Of a DNA stretch of 64,000 bases, positions 37,213 to 47,193 are shown one piece after another. The stretch covers positions 719-64,718 of the forward strand of contig JAFYER010000012.1 in assembly GCA_017544165.1 (NCBI GenBank). Direction: 5' to 3'. Each line of letters starts with the position of its first letter. Position 1 is the first letter of the stretch. The notes beneath the pieces are model-generated. The model was not told the DNA's origin and did not search any database. It was given only the letters and a program-made list of their open reading frames with translations. Source of the stretch: Bacilli bacterium. GTDB taxonomy: Bacteria > Bacillota_I > Bacilli_A > RF39 > UBA660. Position numbers and translations under genes: made by a program.

Positions 37213-38127
37213 ATGTTTTTTACAGCTAAGTATGACCGAGTTTTTCGCTCTATCTTTATCGACGATAATGATCATGAACTTCTCGAAGGTCTTTTGTCTA
37301 CTTGCCTTGATACTAATATTAAAATTATTAAGCTTTTAAAAACGGAACTTAGTGTTAATTCTAATAAAGAAAGAGTTAAAAGATTAGATTTACTTGTTAA
37401 GGCCCAAGATAATATTATTAATCTTGAATTAAATACTAATTTTAATCTAGCCATCAAAGTCCGTAATCTTAATTACTTTTCTTCTTTTTATAGTTCTAAT
37501 ACTAGTATTGGTAATGACTATGATGATAAAACTAATTACATTCATATTGATTTATTTTATGGCATGAATCAAAACAAACCAAATATTGATGAGTTTTTTC
37601 TTTATAGTCAAATATCTAATGATTTATATGTAGATAACTTTAAGATTGTTACCCTTAATATGGACAAGATTATGGGCTTTTGGTATGATAATGACATCAA
37701 AATGATTAAAAAATATGAACTACTTATTATGCTAAACCTAAATCATGAAGAACTAGAAAGACTCGAAAAAATTGGTCATAACAAAAGATTAATCAAGAAG
37801 TATAAGGATAAGGTGTGTAAATTGAATGAGGATTATGATTTTCTTGCTCCAATATCAGCTGAACGGGACTATATAATGCTAATGAATACTGAAAGGAAAA
37901 TAGCTATTAGAGAAGCAAAAGAACAAGCTATAAAAGAAGGTATTGAGCAAGGCATTGAACAAGGTATTGAGCAAGGTATTGAGCAAGGTATTGAACAAGG
38001 TGCTATGCAAAGAAATGCTGAAATAATTAAAAACATGCAAAAAGCAGAGTTTACTAAAGAACAAATAATGAAATGTCTTGATATCGATGAAAAAGAATAT
38101 AATAGGATTATAAGTATAAAGAAATAA
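37213..38127 (+). CDS. Rpn/YhgA-like PD-(D/E)XK recombination-promoting nuclease (putative transposase)
   Basis: The start was moved to MFFTAKYDRVFRSIF, which follows the RBS AAAGGAGG. Also KRLDLLV...NLELN and a C-terminal (GIEQ)n repeat, both typical of this family as I recall it. Confidence 0.8.
   Translation: MFFTAKYDRVFRSIFIDDNDHELLEGLLSTCLDTNIKIIKLLKTELSVNSNKERVKRLDLLVKAQDNIINLELNTNFNLAIKVRNLNYFSSFYSSNTSIGNDYDDKTNYIHIDLFYGMNQNKPNIDEFFLYSQISNDLYVDNFKIVTLNMDKIMGFWYDNDIKMIKKYELLIMLNLNHEELERLEKIGHNKRLIKKYKDKVCKLNEDYDFLAPISAERDYIMLMNTERKIAIREAKEQAIKEGIEQGIEQGIEQGIEQGIEQGAMQRNAEIIKNMQKAEFTKEQIMKCLDIDEKEYNRIISIKK
37939..37998 (+). repeat. 12-nt tandem repeat x5 (GGTATTGAGCAA) encoding (GIEQ)5
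   Basis: The units lie at 37939, 37951, 37963, 37975 and 37987, with only synonymous differences between them. Confidence 0.95.
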
Positions 38128-38178
38128 CAACTTGTTATTTCTTTTTTAATGAAAAAAAGCATTGCTTTTGGGCAATAC

Positions 38179-41100
38179 TTATTTTTTTTGCAATTTTATA
38201 CCAACATTATAATCATTTAAAGTTAAATCTTTATCCAATGAATCATCTTGCTTAAGTTCAACTGATAATGTTTCATTTTTAATATAATCGATATTTTCTA
38301 AAATTGAATTAGCAAACTCTTCATCACAATTAAATATTGTTATGATTCTATCTGCTATATCAAAACCGCTTTCTTTCCGAAGTTGTTGAACTTTTGAAAC
38401 AAACTCTCTAGCGTTACCTTCCATTTTAAGTTCCTCAGAAATTCTAGTATCAAGAATTATGAAATTACCATTTTCCATACCAACGTTGAATCCCTCTTTG
38501 GCAGTATATCTTATTTCAACCATTTCTGGTGTAATATCATATTCTTCATCACCAATAGTCATTCTGATATTTTGATTATTCTGAAGTCTTACAATATCCT
38601 CGAAAGATAATTCAGAAAGTTTATTTTGATATTCACCCATGTTTTTGCCAAATACCTTACCTACTTCTCTAAAGTTTGGTTTAACTGATAATGTCATAAA
38701 AGCATTTAAATCATCAGCAAAAGTTAATTTCTTAACATTCAACTCTTCCATAATTAGATTAGTTAAACTAGCAAGAATTTTTTTGTTTTTACCATCAATA
38801 AGGGCTTCCGGAAGTGGTTGACGTACCTTAATCTTATTTTCTTCCCTTACATATCTTCCTGTACTAATTAAACTTCTCACTAAATCCATCTTTTCTTCAA
38901 GACTTAAATCGATTAGTTTTTCATCATATTTAGGAAAATCAGCAAGATGTACTGATTCATTTCCTGTTAGATTTTGATACATTTCTTCAGATAAATAAGG
39001 AATAACTGGAGCTATCATCTTAGATAACCCTACTAATACTTCATATGTTGTCTTATAAACGCTTTTCTTTGAATTATCTAATGTACTTCCCCAGAATCTA
39101 TTACGATTTCTTCTGATATACCAATTAGATAAATCATCAGATACAAAATCAGTAATACTTTTAACTACAATATTTAAATCATAAGCATCATAAGCTTTTG
39201 TAACATTTTTTAATAAAGAATTATATCTAGATAATAACCACCTATCTATTTCTTCGTAGTCTTTAATTGATACATTGCAATCTTTAATATCGATATTATC
39301 TGTATTAGCATATAAACTAAAGAAATTATATGTATTTCTTAAAGGATTAAAAAACTTAGAATAAACCTCTTTTAAACCTTCAATATCAAATTTAAGTGGT
39401 GTCCATACAGGTGATACATAAAACATATACCATCTAATATTATCGGCACCATATTTTTCTATTACTTCAATTGGGTCAATGATATTACCGGTTGATTTAG
39501 ACATTTTTTTACCATTACCATCAAGTACCATATCATTGACAACAACATTTTTAAAGCAAGACTCTCCAGATATAATAGTAGAAATAACTAATAATACATA
39601 GAACCATCCTCTAGTTTGGTCAATCCCCTCCGCAATGAAGTCAGCTGGAAATTGTGATTCAAATAATTCTTTATTCTCAAATGGATAATGAAATTGAGCA
39701 TAAGGCATGGATCCTGAATCAAACCAAACATCTAATACGTCCTCAACTCGTGTTAAAGTATCCCCTGTAATTGGTGATTTAATGTGAATATTGTCAATAT
39801 AAGGACGATGTAATTCTAAATTATTTACATCTATATCCTCGATTGCTAAATCTTGTAATTCTTTTCTTGAACCAATGCAATATAATTCACCAGTTTCATC
39901 ATTTTTCCAAATAGGAAGTGGACATCCCCAATATCTAGATCTTGAGATTCCCCAGTCAATCATATTGTCAAGCCAGTTAGCAAATCTCTTTTCACCTACA
40001 TATTCTGGATACCAATTAATTTTGGAATTAGCTGCAATAATTTTATCTTTATATTTAGTCGTAGCAACATACCAGGCGGGTTTTGGATAACTAATTAAAG
40101 CACTTTTACATCTCCAACAATGTGGATAGTCATGAGTTAACTTAATCTTTTTAAATAATTTATCATTTTCTTTTAAGTATTTAATAATCTCTATTTCTAA
40201 TTCTGGGTCAGTTACAAGTCTTCCCTTCCAAGGACCTTCAGTGTAACATCCATCAGGACCAACTGGATTAACAAAAGAAATGCCATTATCATTTGCTACA
40301 CGGTTGTCATCAGCACCATATGCTGGAGCTATATGAACAATACCAGTACCATCAGAGTCAGTAACATATTCATCAGCTAAAACTTCAAAAGCCTTGCCTT
40401 CCACATTAACAAATGGTAAAAATTGATCATATTTAATACCTACTAATTCTCTACCTTTATATGATTCAAGAACTTTTATGTCATCACCAAGAACTTTTTC
40501 TACTAAAGATTCACAAATAATAAACTTATAACCCATTGATTCAACTTTAACATATGTATATTTAGGATTAACACATAGTGCAACGTTTGCCATCAAAGTC
40601 CAAGGTGTTGTCGTCCAAACAAGAAAATAAGCGTCCTCATCACTCTTTTTAAATGGCAAAATAATAGAATTAACAGGATCTTCTTGATAACCTTGCGCAA
40701 CTTCATTTTGGGATAACTCAGTTCCGCATCTTGGACAATACCAAAGGATTTTATTACCATGATATATTAAATCTTTTTTAAACATTTCTTTGATAATCCA
40801 CCATTCAGATTCAATAAATTCATTTGAACATGTTACATACGGATTATCGCAATCAATAAATTGACCCATCATATCCGTTAATTTATTAACTTCATCGATG
40901 TTTAATGCAGTATTTTTGTTACATTCTTTACAAAAATTCTCTACACCAAATTTTTCAATATCTTGTTTACCATTAAATCCAAGCTTTTTTTCAACGTTAA
41001 CCTCAATCGGTAATCCGTGAGTATCCAGTCCTATTTTCCGAAGTACTCGATAGCCTTGCATTGTTTTATACTTGGTAAATGTATCTTTGATACCTTTGGC

Positions 41101-41271
41101 AAGAACATGATGAATTCCTGGTTTTGCATTAGCATATATCGGTCCATCATAAAATACAAAGTCCTTTTTTCTTTGTTCAATACTTTTTTCAAATATATTA
41201 TTTTTCTTCCAATACTCTAATATACTTCTTTCAACTTCCTTTACTGCTCTTTTGTCTAGTTCCTTAAACAT
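38179..41271 (-). CDS. ileS: isoleucine--tRNA ligase
   Basis: HIGH-type motif PGIHHVLAK and a KMSKS motif. About 1030 aa. A T-box leader lies upstream. The start could be at 41283 or 41271. Confidence 0.95.
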   Translation of the reverse strand: MFKELDKRAVKEVERSILEYWKKNNIFEKSIEQRKKDFVFYDGPIYANAKPGIHHVLAKGIKDTFTKYKTMQGYRVLRKIGLDTHGLPIEVNVEKKLGFNGKQDIEKFGVENFCKECNKNTALNIDEVNKLTDMMGQFIDCDNPYVTCSNEFIESEWWIIKEMFKKDLIYHGNKILWYCPRCGTELSQNEVAQGYQEDPVNSIILPFKKSDEDAYFLVWTTTPWTLMANVALCVNPKYTYVKVESMGYKFIICESLVEKVLGDDIKVLESYKGRELVGIKYDQFLPFVNVEGKAFEVLADEYVTDSDGTGIVHIAPAYGADDNRVANDNGISFVNPVGPDGCYTEGPWKGRLVTDPELEIEIIKYLKENDKLFKKIKLTHDYPHCWRCKSALISYPKPAWYVATTKYKDKIIAANSKINWYPEYVGEKRFANWLDNMIDWGISRSRYWGCPLPIWKNDETGELYCIGSRKELQDLAIEDIDVNNLELHRPYIDNIHIKSPITGDTLTRVEDVLDVWFDSGSMPYAQFHYPFENKELFESQFPADFIAEGIDQTRGWFYVLLVISTIISGESCFKNVVVNDMVLDGNGKKMSKSTGNIIDPIEVIEKYGADNIRWYMFYVSPVWTPLKFDIEGLKEVYSKFFNPLRNTYNFFSLYANTDNIDIKDCNVSIKDYEEIDRWLLSRYNSLLKNVTKAYDAYDLNIVVKSITDFVSDDLSNWYIRRNRNRFWGSTLDNSKKSVYKTTYEVLVGLSKMIAPVIPYLSEEMYQNLTGNESVHLADFPKYDEKLIDLSLEEKMDLVRSLISTGRYVREENKIKVRQPLPEALIDGKNKKILASLTNLIMEELNVKKLTFADDLNAFMTLSVKPNFREVGKVFGKNMGEYQNKLSELSFEDIVRLQNNQNIRMTIGDEEYDITPEMVEIRYTAKEGFNVGMENGNFIILDTRISEELKMEGNAREFVSKVQQLRKESGFDIADRIITIFNCDEEFANSILENIDYIKNETLSVELKQDDSLDKDLTLNDYNVGIKLQKK

Positions 41272-41283
41272 ATCTTCCTCCAT

Positions 41284-41500
41284 AAAAAAAGATGCTACCT
41301 AAGGGCGAATTATCCGCGGTACCACCTTAATTTTTTCTTAAATACTTTTAACGCAAGTTACACGACCTATTCTATTTACTTAAATAGGCAATTCCCAAGT
41401 GATCTAAATTACTCTACTTATTTGCTAACTTTCACCTAACATAGCTCTCTTAAAAAACTTTTAAGTAATTCCGTCTTGTTCATAACTTTTAAAAAATTAC
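41284..41500 (-). promoter_or_regulatory. T-box riboswitch leader (Ile specifier AUC)
   Basis: Candidate specifier TAG-ATC-A (ATC = 41403..41401). The T-box motif AATTAAGGTGGTACCGCGG lies at 41332..41314, followed by a terminator with a T-run. The candidate promoter is TTGCTT-17-TATAAT, with its -10 at 41513..41508. Confidence 0.8.
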
Positions 41501-41544
41501 TAGCTAAATTATATGATAAATAATTTTAAAAAGCAATTATAAAA

Positions 41545-42411
41545 TCATCTTTTATTATTTAAATAAAGCATTTTATCAAATAATTTATAAAAAAGAGATA
41601 ATAAAAATATTATAAAATAAATACCAATATTTATATCTATAAAGATTGTAATAAAACTAAGCAAACCAAGTAAAGTTCCATAAATATAACATCCACCCTT
41701 AGTATAAGGGCTAATCATCGTAAGTGGTGCAATGAAAATAACTCCAAATACTAAATTATTGTTCATATATAAGTCTAGGTCAATATTCCCAGTTATAAAA
41801 CTATAAATAATTAGTAAAATATAATAAATAGAAAACGCCGTCAAAGGAATATGCTTTTTATAACTAAATCTAAAACATAATACTAATAAACTAATAATTG
41901 AGAAAAGAAAAAAAGAATTACCTATTCCACCAGATCCTTGACCAAATAAATAGTTTATAAAAGAATAATCGTGTTCAACTGATTTTTCAAATGCATTTAA
42001 GAATGTATAATCCTTTAGAAAAATAGAAAAAATAAACAATATTATCATAAAAAGTGCTATAGCATTAAAATTTATAAAACATAAAATAGCATTTATGACT
42101 ATTATTGTCACAAGATACATTATGATATTGGTATTAGGCATAGTTACTAATGATATAAGAATATTAGTTAAAAGTAAATATGATACAAATGGTTTTCTTT
42201 TAATAATTGAAAAAAGTAAAGAAACAAAAATACTAATCCCTAATAAAAATAAAGGCTTAAACAGCATTACTATTGATACTAAATGATGACGATATAACTG
42301 AATACCATTTTTATAAAAACCAAGTAAGAAAAAAGGAATTAACAAATAAATCATTAATTTTACTAAACTATTTTCTTTTTCTTTACTATGAAGATATACT
42401 CTATTATTCAT
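41545..42411 (-). CDS. RnfD/NqrB-like polytopic membrane protein, divergent
   Basis: Eight or more TM segments. LFGQGSGGIGNSFFLFSIISLLVL and FIAPLTMISPYTKGGCYIYG align with the RnfD motifs G..GsiGEtS and ATDpvTsP..G..iyG. Overlaps the RnfC-like gene by 8 nt. Confidence 0.55.
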   Translation of the reverse strand: MNNRVYLHSKEKENSLVKLMIYLLIPFFLLGFYKNGIQLYRHHLVSIVMLFKPLFLLGISIFVSLLFSIIKRKPFVSYLLLTNILISLVTMPNTNIIMYLVTIIVINAILCFINFNAIALFMIILFIFSIFLKDYTFLNAFEKSVEHDYSFINYLFGQGSGGIGNSFFLFSIISLLVLCFRFSYKKHIPLTAFSIYYILLIIYSFITGNIDLDLYMNNNLVFGVIFIAPLTMISPYTKGGCYIYGTLLGLLSFITIFIDINIGIYFIIFLLSLFYKLFDKMLYLNNKR

Positions 42412-43561
42412 GGTTATCCTCCAAATAGCGACGTAGATTTATATTACAAGGGCAAATATATGAACATAAACCACAATTTATACAATTATGAGATTTTATT
42501 TTAGTATCCATAACTCTTTTAGGGTTTACTTTAACCGGGCATATCTTATAACACATCCCACAATTAATGCATTTGCTTTCCTTTACTTCTTCATCCGGAA
42601 TAACAATTAGACCAAGTGTATTTTTTGTAACGATTGTTTTTTCAATTTGACATGGTTTTCCTGTCATTAGACCATCTAATATAAATAAATTAGGTTTTTT
42701 ATTGATGATTTTAATTTTATTATCAATGATGTCTTTAAAAATAGTACCTACTTTAACCTTTAAAACCATTGATTTAGCAAGGCTTGGCCCGGCAACTGTA
42801 ATAAATGTTTCATATGTAGTTTTATTGTATTTTAGAGCATTATATATTTCATACATTGTCTTAGCATCAATTACAAAAGAATCCATTTCCTTAAGATTTA
42901 AATACTCTAAAAGAAAAAATGGTTTACCAAGTAAATATCTATCTTCGATAAGTTCAAGGAAAATATTAGGATATGTGCCAATTCTCGCCAAAAATGTTTC
43001 AATATTCTCAGCGTTATTGCTTTTAATAACAATACTGGTTCTTTTGATACTAAATGATGTTGCCAAAATATCTGCCATTTCTAATATTTCTTTATGATAT
43101 TTTTTTAACACATAGGCATTATTTTGAATATATGGTTCATCATCAAAACCACTTATTATTAAATTATTTATTTTTTTAGTTTCTAAAACACTGGCAATAT
43201 ATTTAAAATAAAATTCATAAAGCTTACTGATTATTGCATCACGATCAAATTTATTATCTTTATATTTACGAGATTTCTTTTCCTCTTCTTTAAAACTATT
43301 TTCGATAACAATAGCATTGCCTAAATTGCCATCAATATTTAAGGTAGTCATGCCAATAACTTTACCAGATACTGGGCTTACTATCTTATTTAAATTATCC
43401 TCTAAGAGGATTTCACCTTTATTAACAATTTCATTATTTTTAACTAAAGTTTTATAATTTTTTTTCATGGGAATATAAACATAATCGACATCTAAATAAT
43501 CAACTATATTACCGCTATATACTACATCTAAGTCAGTTTTTAATTTTGTTAAATTTCTCAT
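42404..43561 (-). CDS. RnfC-like protein with two 4Fe-4S ferredoxin motifs, divergent
   Basis: N-terminal barrel-sandwich segment VSPVSGKVIG. GFDDEPYIQ replaces the usual GAECEPYLT. The C-terminus has CINCGMCYKICP and CINCGLCSYICP. Confidence 0.65.
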   Translation of the reverse strand: MRNLTKLKTDLDVVYSGNIVDYLDVDYVYIPMKKNYKTLVKNNEIVNKGEILLEDNLNKIVSPVSGKVIGMTTLNIDGNLGNAIVIENSFKEEEKKSRKYKDNKFDRDAIISKLYEFYFKYIASVLETKKINNLIISGFDDEPYIQNNAYVLKKYHKEILEMADILATSFSIKRTSIVIKSNNAENIETFLARIGTYPNIFLELIEDRYLLGKPFFLLEYLNLKEMDSFVIDAKTMYEIYNALKYNKTTYETFITVAGPSLAKSMVLKVKVGTIFKDIIDNKIKIINKKPNLFILDGLMTGKPCQIEKTIVTKNTLGLIVIPDEEVKESKCINCGMCYKICPVKVNPKRVMDTKIKSHNCINCGLCSYICPCNINLRRYLEDNHE

Positions 43562-43610
43562 ATTACCACAACTAAATTATACTATATTGTCTTAAAAAAG
43601 CCTAGTTTTA

Positions 43611-44438
43611 TTATTCTAAAAAATGATTTAAAGTTTCATCTTTTTCTAATATCTTCAAACTTTTTTGGGGAGTTGGCAAATTTTCAGGCATAGTTCCTCC
43701 ATTTTTGGCTATTACTTCTCTTATATTTTTACCAATATTATAATGCGTGATATTAGCATTATTTTCTCCTTTAATATGATCATTAATAAGCTTATTTTCG
43801 GTCTGCGTAATTCTAAATAAATTGGCAGCTAGTTCGATGCTACCCATATTATCTAAAATATCCTCTCTATACCTTAGGCCTTTTCTTTTAGCAATATCAT
43901 TGGCTGTTTCCCCATTATATAAGCCTTTGTAACCAGCATTATGAAACTTATCAAAATTTTTAACACCTGCATTTTTAGCCGCTATATTTAATGAAATATT
44001 TCCCTTCCTAGTTAGCTGTCTTTGATATAATCTTTTCTCATCCTCAGTCAGCATACTATACTCTTTTTCACTTAATTCTTGTTTTCTAGTTTGAATTGCA
44101 AAATAAGTTTGTGCTAAAGCAATAATTCTAATTCTAGGATTACAATTTTGAACTATTAAATAACATGCATATCTTGATAATCTATAATCCTGTATTTTTC
44201 TTTTAGCTCCTTTAGCAATATTTATCATTTTGTCCTCAAGGACAAAATGATCACTAACATTGTAATTACTACCATTACACGCCTCAATTGCTTTTTCAAC
44301 TACTTTATTAAACTTTCTCCACTCTTTATAGTCTAATACTTCCATTAATTCTCTTGCCAGCCAATATTCCCTACCTTCCTCATCAACATGTTTGATATCT
44401 TCAAAGATGTGATCTGAATACTTTTCCAATTCATTCAT
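43611..44438 (-). CDS. dinD: DNA damage-inducible protein D
   Basis: Close to E. coli DinD as I recall it: SRYACYLIVQN...AQTYFAIQTRKQE...MGSIELAANLFRITQTE...GGTMPENLPTP. Confidence 0.85.
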   Translation of the reverse strand: MNELEKYSDHIFEDIKHVDEEGREYWLARELMEVLDYKEWRKFNKVVEKAIEACNGSNYNVSDHFVLEDKMINIAKGAKRKIQDYRLSRYACYLIVQNCNPRIRIIALAQTYFAIQTRKQELSEKEYSMLTEDEKRLYQRQLTRKGNISLNIAAKNAGVKNFDKFHNAGYKGLYNGETANDIAKRKGLRYREDILDNMGSIELAANLFRITQTENKLINDHIKGENNANITHYNIGKNIREVIAKNGGTMPENLPTPQKSLKILEKDETLNHFLE

Positions 44439-44580
44439 TTTATTTCTCCTTTCTAATGGATTTAAATTATAACAAAAAAAATATTACTTTAAAAAAAAGC
44501 AATATTTTTATTTCATATATCAAATTAGTTAATTGATAACTCAAAAGCAATAATTCAATTACCAAATTGATAATATTTTA

Positions 44581-46341
44581 CTATTTTAGTTGTTTTAAAT
44601 AATTCTGAAGGTCTATAGCAACCTCTTTGGGAATAATCTTTGCTAGTTCATCTAAGTCAGCATTTTTAATTTTTTCTAAACTTCCGTACGTTTTTAATAG
44701 TAATTTCTTGCGTTTATCTCCTATTTTATCGACATTATCTAATACACTTGCAAGAGTTCCTTTACTTCTGATTTGTTTATGATAGGAAATAGCATAGCGA
44801 TGGACTTCATCTTGAATTCGTGTAAGAAGATTAAATACGTCAGTTTCATTTGTTAAATCTATTTCCTCTTGTGTTTGATTTAAAAGTGTTTTTGTATGGT
44901 GATGTTCATCTTTTTTTAAACCACATACTGGAATATTAAGACCTAATTTATTAAGTGATTCCATGCAAGCATTCATTTGCTTTTCACCACCATCGACAAA
45001 AATCAAATCTGGAAGCGCTTTTTCTTCGGTTAAAAGCCGAAAATACCTTCGATAAACTGCTTCCATCATCATATGATAATCATCATTTTTATCGATAGAC
45101 ATTTTAAATTTACGATAATCTTTCTTCGAAGGTTTACCATTTTTAAAAACCACCATTCCACTTACAGAAAAGCTGCCAAAAAGATTAGAATTATCAAATG
45201 TTTCAATAACATTTAAATGAGGAATGTTTAATAGTTCCCCTAGTCTTTCATTAGCTTTTATGGTTCTTTTTTCATCTAGTTTAAAACTTTCAATTTCTCG
45301 TTCTAAATTGATTTTAGCATTGGTATAACATAAATCTAAAAGTTCTTTTTTCTTACCTTTTTCTGGATATAAAACTTTTAAACCTAGCAATTCTTCGAGT
45401 GAGGTTTTATTGACATCTTTACTACATAATAATTCTCGAGGTTTTTCATGATTTTGATAATACGCATATATATAAAGATTTAATTCTTCCTCGCAAGAGG
45501 AAACAGTATTAATTATATTACTATGGCCACCAAGCAGTTTACCGTTTCTAATAAAAAATATTTGAATAGACAAGTAGCCATTTAAATAATAGTAATTAAT
45601 AATATCACGATTGACATAATCATGTAATTCAACTTTTTGTTTATCAAGAACCACTTTAATATAATTTAGTTCATTTCTAAGTTCAAGCGCTTTTTCAAAA
45701 TTTAAATTGTTAGATAAAATATTAATTTTTTCCATGATTTTATCGATTAATATCTTATCATTACCCCTTAGAAAAGATAGAATATCGTTTTCCATTTTAG
45801 TAAGCTCTTCTTGATTTAAATTATTGACACAATAACCAAGGCACTCGCCAATATGATAATATAGACAAAGTTTATGGGGATTTCCCTCACACTTTTTCAA
45901 GGGATATAATCTATTTATTAAATTGACAATTCTTCTTGCGGCATAAGCATTTGGATAAGGCCCAAAAATTTGCTTTTTATCTTTCTTTTTTATCGAAGTA
46001 TATCTAGATACTTTAAGCATTGGATAAGGTTTAGAAATATATTCGATATAAGGATAAGTCTTATCATCTTTCAAAAGGATATTATATTTAGGATCATATT
46101 TTTTTATAAGATTTAATTCCAAAATAAAACTTTCAGTCTCTGTTTTGGTAACAATATACTGAAAATGATCAACTTCACTTACCATTAAGGCTGTTTTACC
46201 TGTTACTGTACCTCGAAAATAAGAATGAAGTCTTTTATTTAAATCTTTGGCTTTTCCCACATAAATTATGGTTCCTTCACTATTTACCATTTGATAAGAA
46301 CCTGGAAGATGTGGAACTAATTTTAATTCATCCTTAAACAT
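44581..46341 (-). CDS. uvrC: excinuclease ABC subunit C
   Basis: GIY-YIG N-terminus (GSYQMVNSEGTIIYVGKAKDLNKRLHSYF), a UvrC-type endonuclease domain and a C-terminal HhH. Confidence 0.95.
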   Translation of the reverse strand: MFKDELKLVPHLPGSYQMVNSEGTIIYVGKAKDLNKRLHSYFRGTVTGKTALMVSEVDHFQYIVTKTETESFILELNLIKKYDPKYNILLKDDKTYPYIEYISKPYPMLKVSRYTSIKKKDKKQIFGPYPNAYAARRIVNLINRLYPLKKCEGNPHKLCLYYHIGECLGYCVNNLNQEELTKMENDILSFLRGNDKILIDKIMEKINILSNNLNFEKALELRNELNYIKVVLDKQKVELHDYVNRDIINYYYLNGYLSIQIFFIRNGKLLGGHSNIINTVSSCEEELNLYIYAYYQNHEKPRELLCSKDVNKTSLEELLGLKVLYPEKGKKKELLDLCYTNAKINLEREIESFKLDEKRTIKANERLGELLNIPHLNVIETFDNSNLFGSFSVSGMVVFKNGKPSKKDYRKFKMSIDKNDDYHMMMEAVYRRYFRLLTEEKALPDLIFVDGGEKQMNACMESLNKLGLNIPVCGLKKDEHHHTKTLLNQTQEEIDLTNETDVFNLLTRIQDEVHRYAISYHKQIRSKGTLASVLDNVDKIGDKRKKLLLKTYGSLEKIKNADLDELAKIIPKEVAIDLQNYLKQLK

Positions 46342-46419
46342 AATTACTCCCTTGCCCTTATTATACTACATAATTTTATTTTTTATCATTTTAAGTTATA
46401 ATTAACTAAAGGAGTTAAT

Positions 46420-46776
46420 ATGTTATTAAAAACTTATGAACTGACAATTAAAAAATCAAAATTTATCGGGTTATTATATGATATAAAAGATGAAGATGAA
46501 ATAAAAATAATTCTAGAGGATTTAAAAAAAGAGCATCCCAAAGCAAGGCATATGCCCTATGCGTATATATTAAATAATATAGCTAAAAAAACGGATGATA
46601 AAGAGCCTCATAATAGCGCAGGAATCCAAATTTATAATCAGCTTATTTATAATAATTTAGATCATCACCTTTTAGTAGTTATCAGATACTTTGGTGGGAC
46701 TAAACTAGGCGCAAGTAACCTTTTAAGAGCATATCTTGAATGCGCTAAAAACACAATTAACCCACAAAAAAACTAG
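46420..46776 (+). CDS. IMPACT/YigZ-family (UPF0029) protein, N-terminal domain only
   Basis: KSKFIG...ARHMPYAY...DDKEPHNSAG...VVIRYFGGTKLG. Confidence 0.75.
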   Translation: MLLKTYELTIKKSKFIGLLYDIKDEDEIKIILEDLKKEHPKARHMPYAYILNNIAKKTDDKEPHNSAGIQIYNQLIYNNLDHHLLVVIRYFGGTKLGASNLLRAYLECAKNTINPQKN

Positions 46777-46795
46777 CTTAAAGCTAGTCTTTTTA
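46765..46795. terminator. bidirectional rho-independent terminator
   Basis: AAAAAAACTAGCTT/AAGCTAGTCTTTTT palindrome between the convergent yigZ-like and hup genes. Confidence 0.7.
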
Positions 46796-46801
46796 TTTCT
46801 A

Positions 46802-47074
46802 CTAATTTAAAGCGTCTTTTAACTTACTTCCAGCTTTGAAAGAAGCAACAACTTTAGCAGGAATCTTAATTGATTCTTTAGTTAAAGGATTGATTCCTTC
46901 TCTAGCAGCTCTTTTTTTAGCAGAGAAAGTACCAAAACCAACTAGAGTAACTTTTCCCTCTTTTTTAAGACCTTTAGTGATACCCTTAACAGCAGCATCA
47001 AGTGCTCTTGTAGCATCAGCTTTAGTTAGACCAGCTTCATTAGCAATGAATTCTACTAATTCAGTTTTAGACAT
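46802..47074 (-). CDS. hup: DNA-binding protein HU
   Basis: MSKTELVEFIANEAGLTKADATRALDAAV...GFGTFSAKKRAAREGINP. Confidence 0.95.
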   Translation of the reverse strand: MSKTELVEFIANEAGLTKADATRALDAAVKGITKGLKKEGKVTLVGFGTFSAKKRAAREGINPLTKESIKIPAKVVASFKAGSKLKDALN

Positions 47075-47193
47075 GTTTCTTACCTCCTATTATATTTATA
47101 AGGCCTAGTGTCCTTACATATTAAGAGTAGCAAATAATATCGGAAATTTCAATAAAAAAGTGCAAATTTTACGATATATTTTGCACTTTTTGA

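Noticed and set aside
37939-37998. Possible CRISPR-like or regulatory repeat array.
   Set aside because: The units are 12 nt with no spacers, in frame within a CDS, and differ only at synonymous sites.
37869-38162. Minus-strand ORFs with CSIPCSIP and LLNTLLNT repeats.
   Set aside because: They are the antisense reading of the (GIEQ)5 repeat in the well-supported plus-strand Rpn-family gene.
44439-46419. LexA/Cheo boxes (GAAC-N4-GTTC) upstream of dinD and uvrC.
   Set aside because: I scanned both upstream regions by eye and found no GAAC...GTTC palindrome. SOS regulation cannot be claimed from this sequence.
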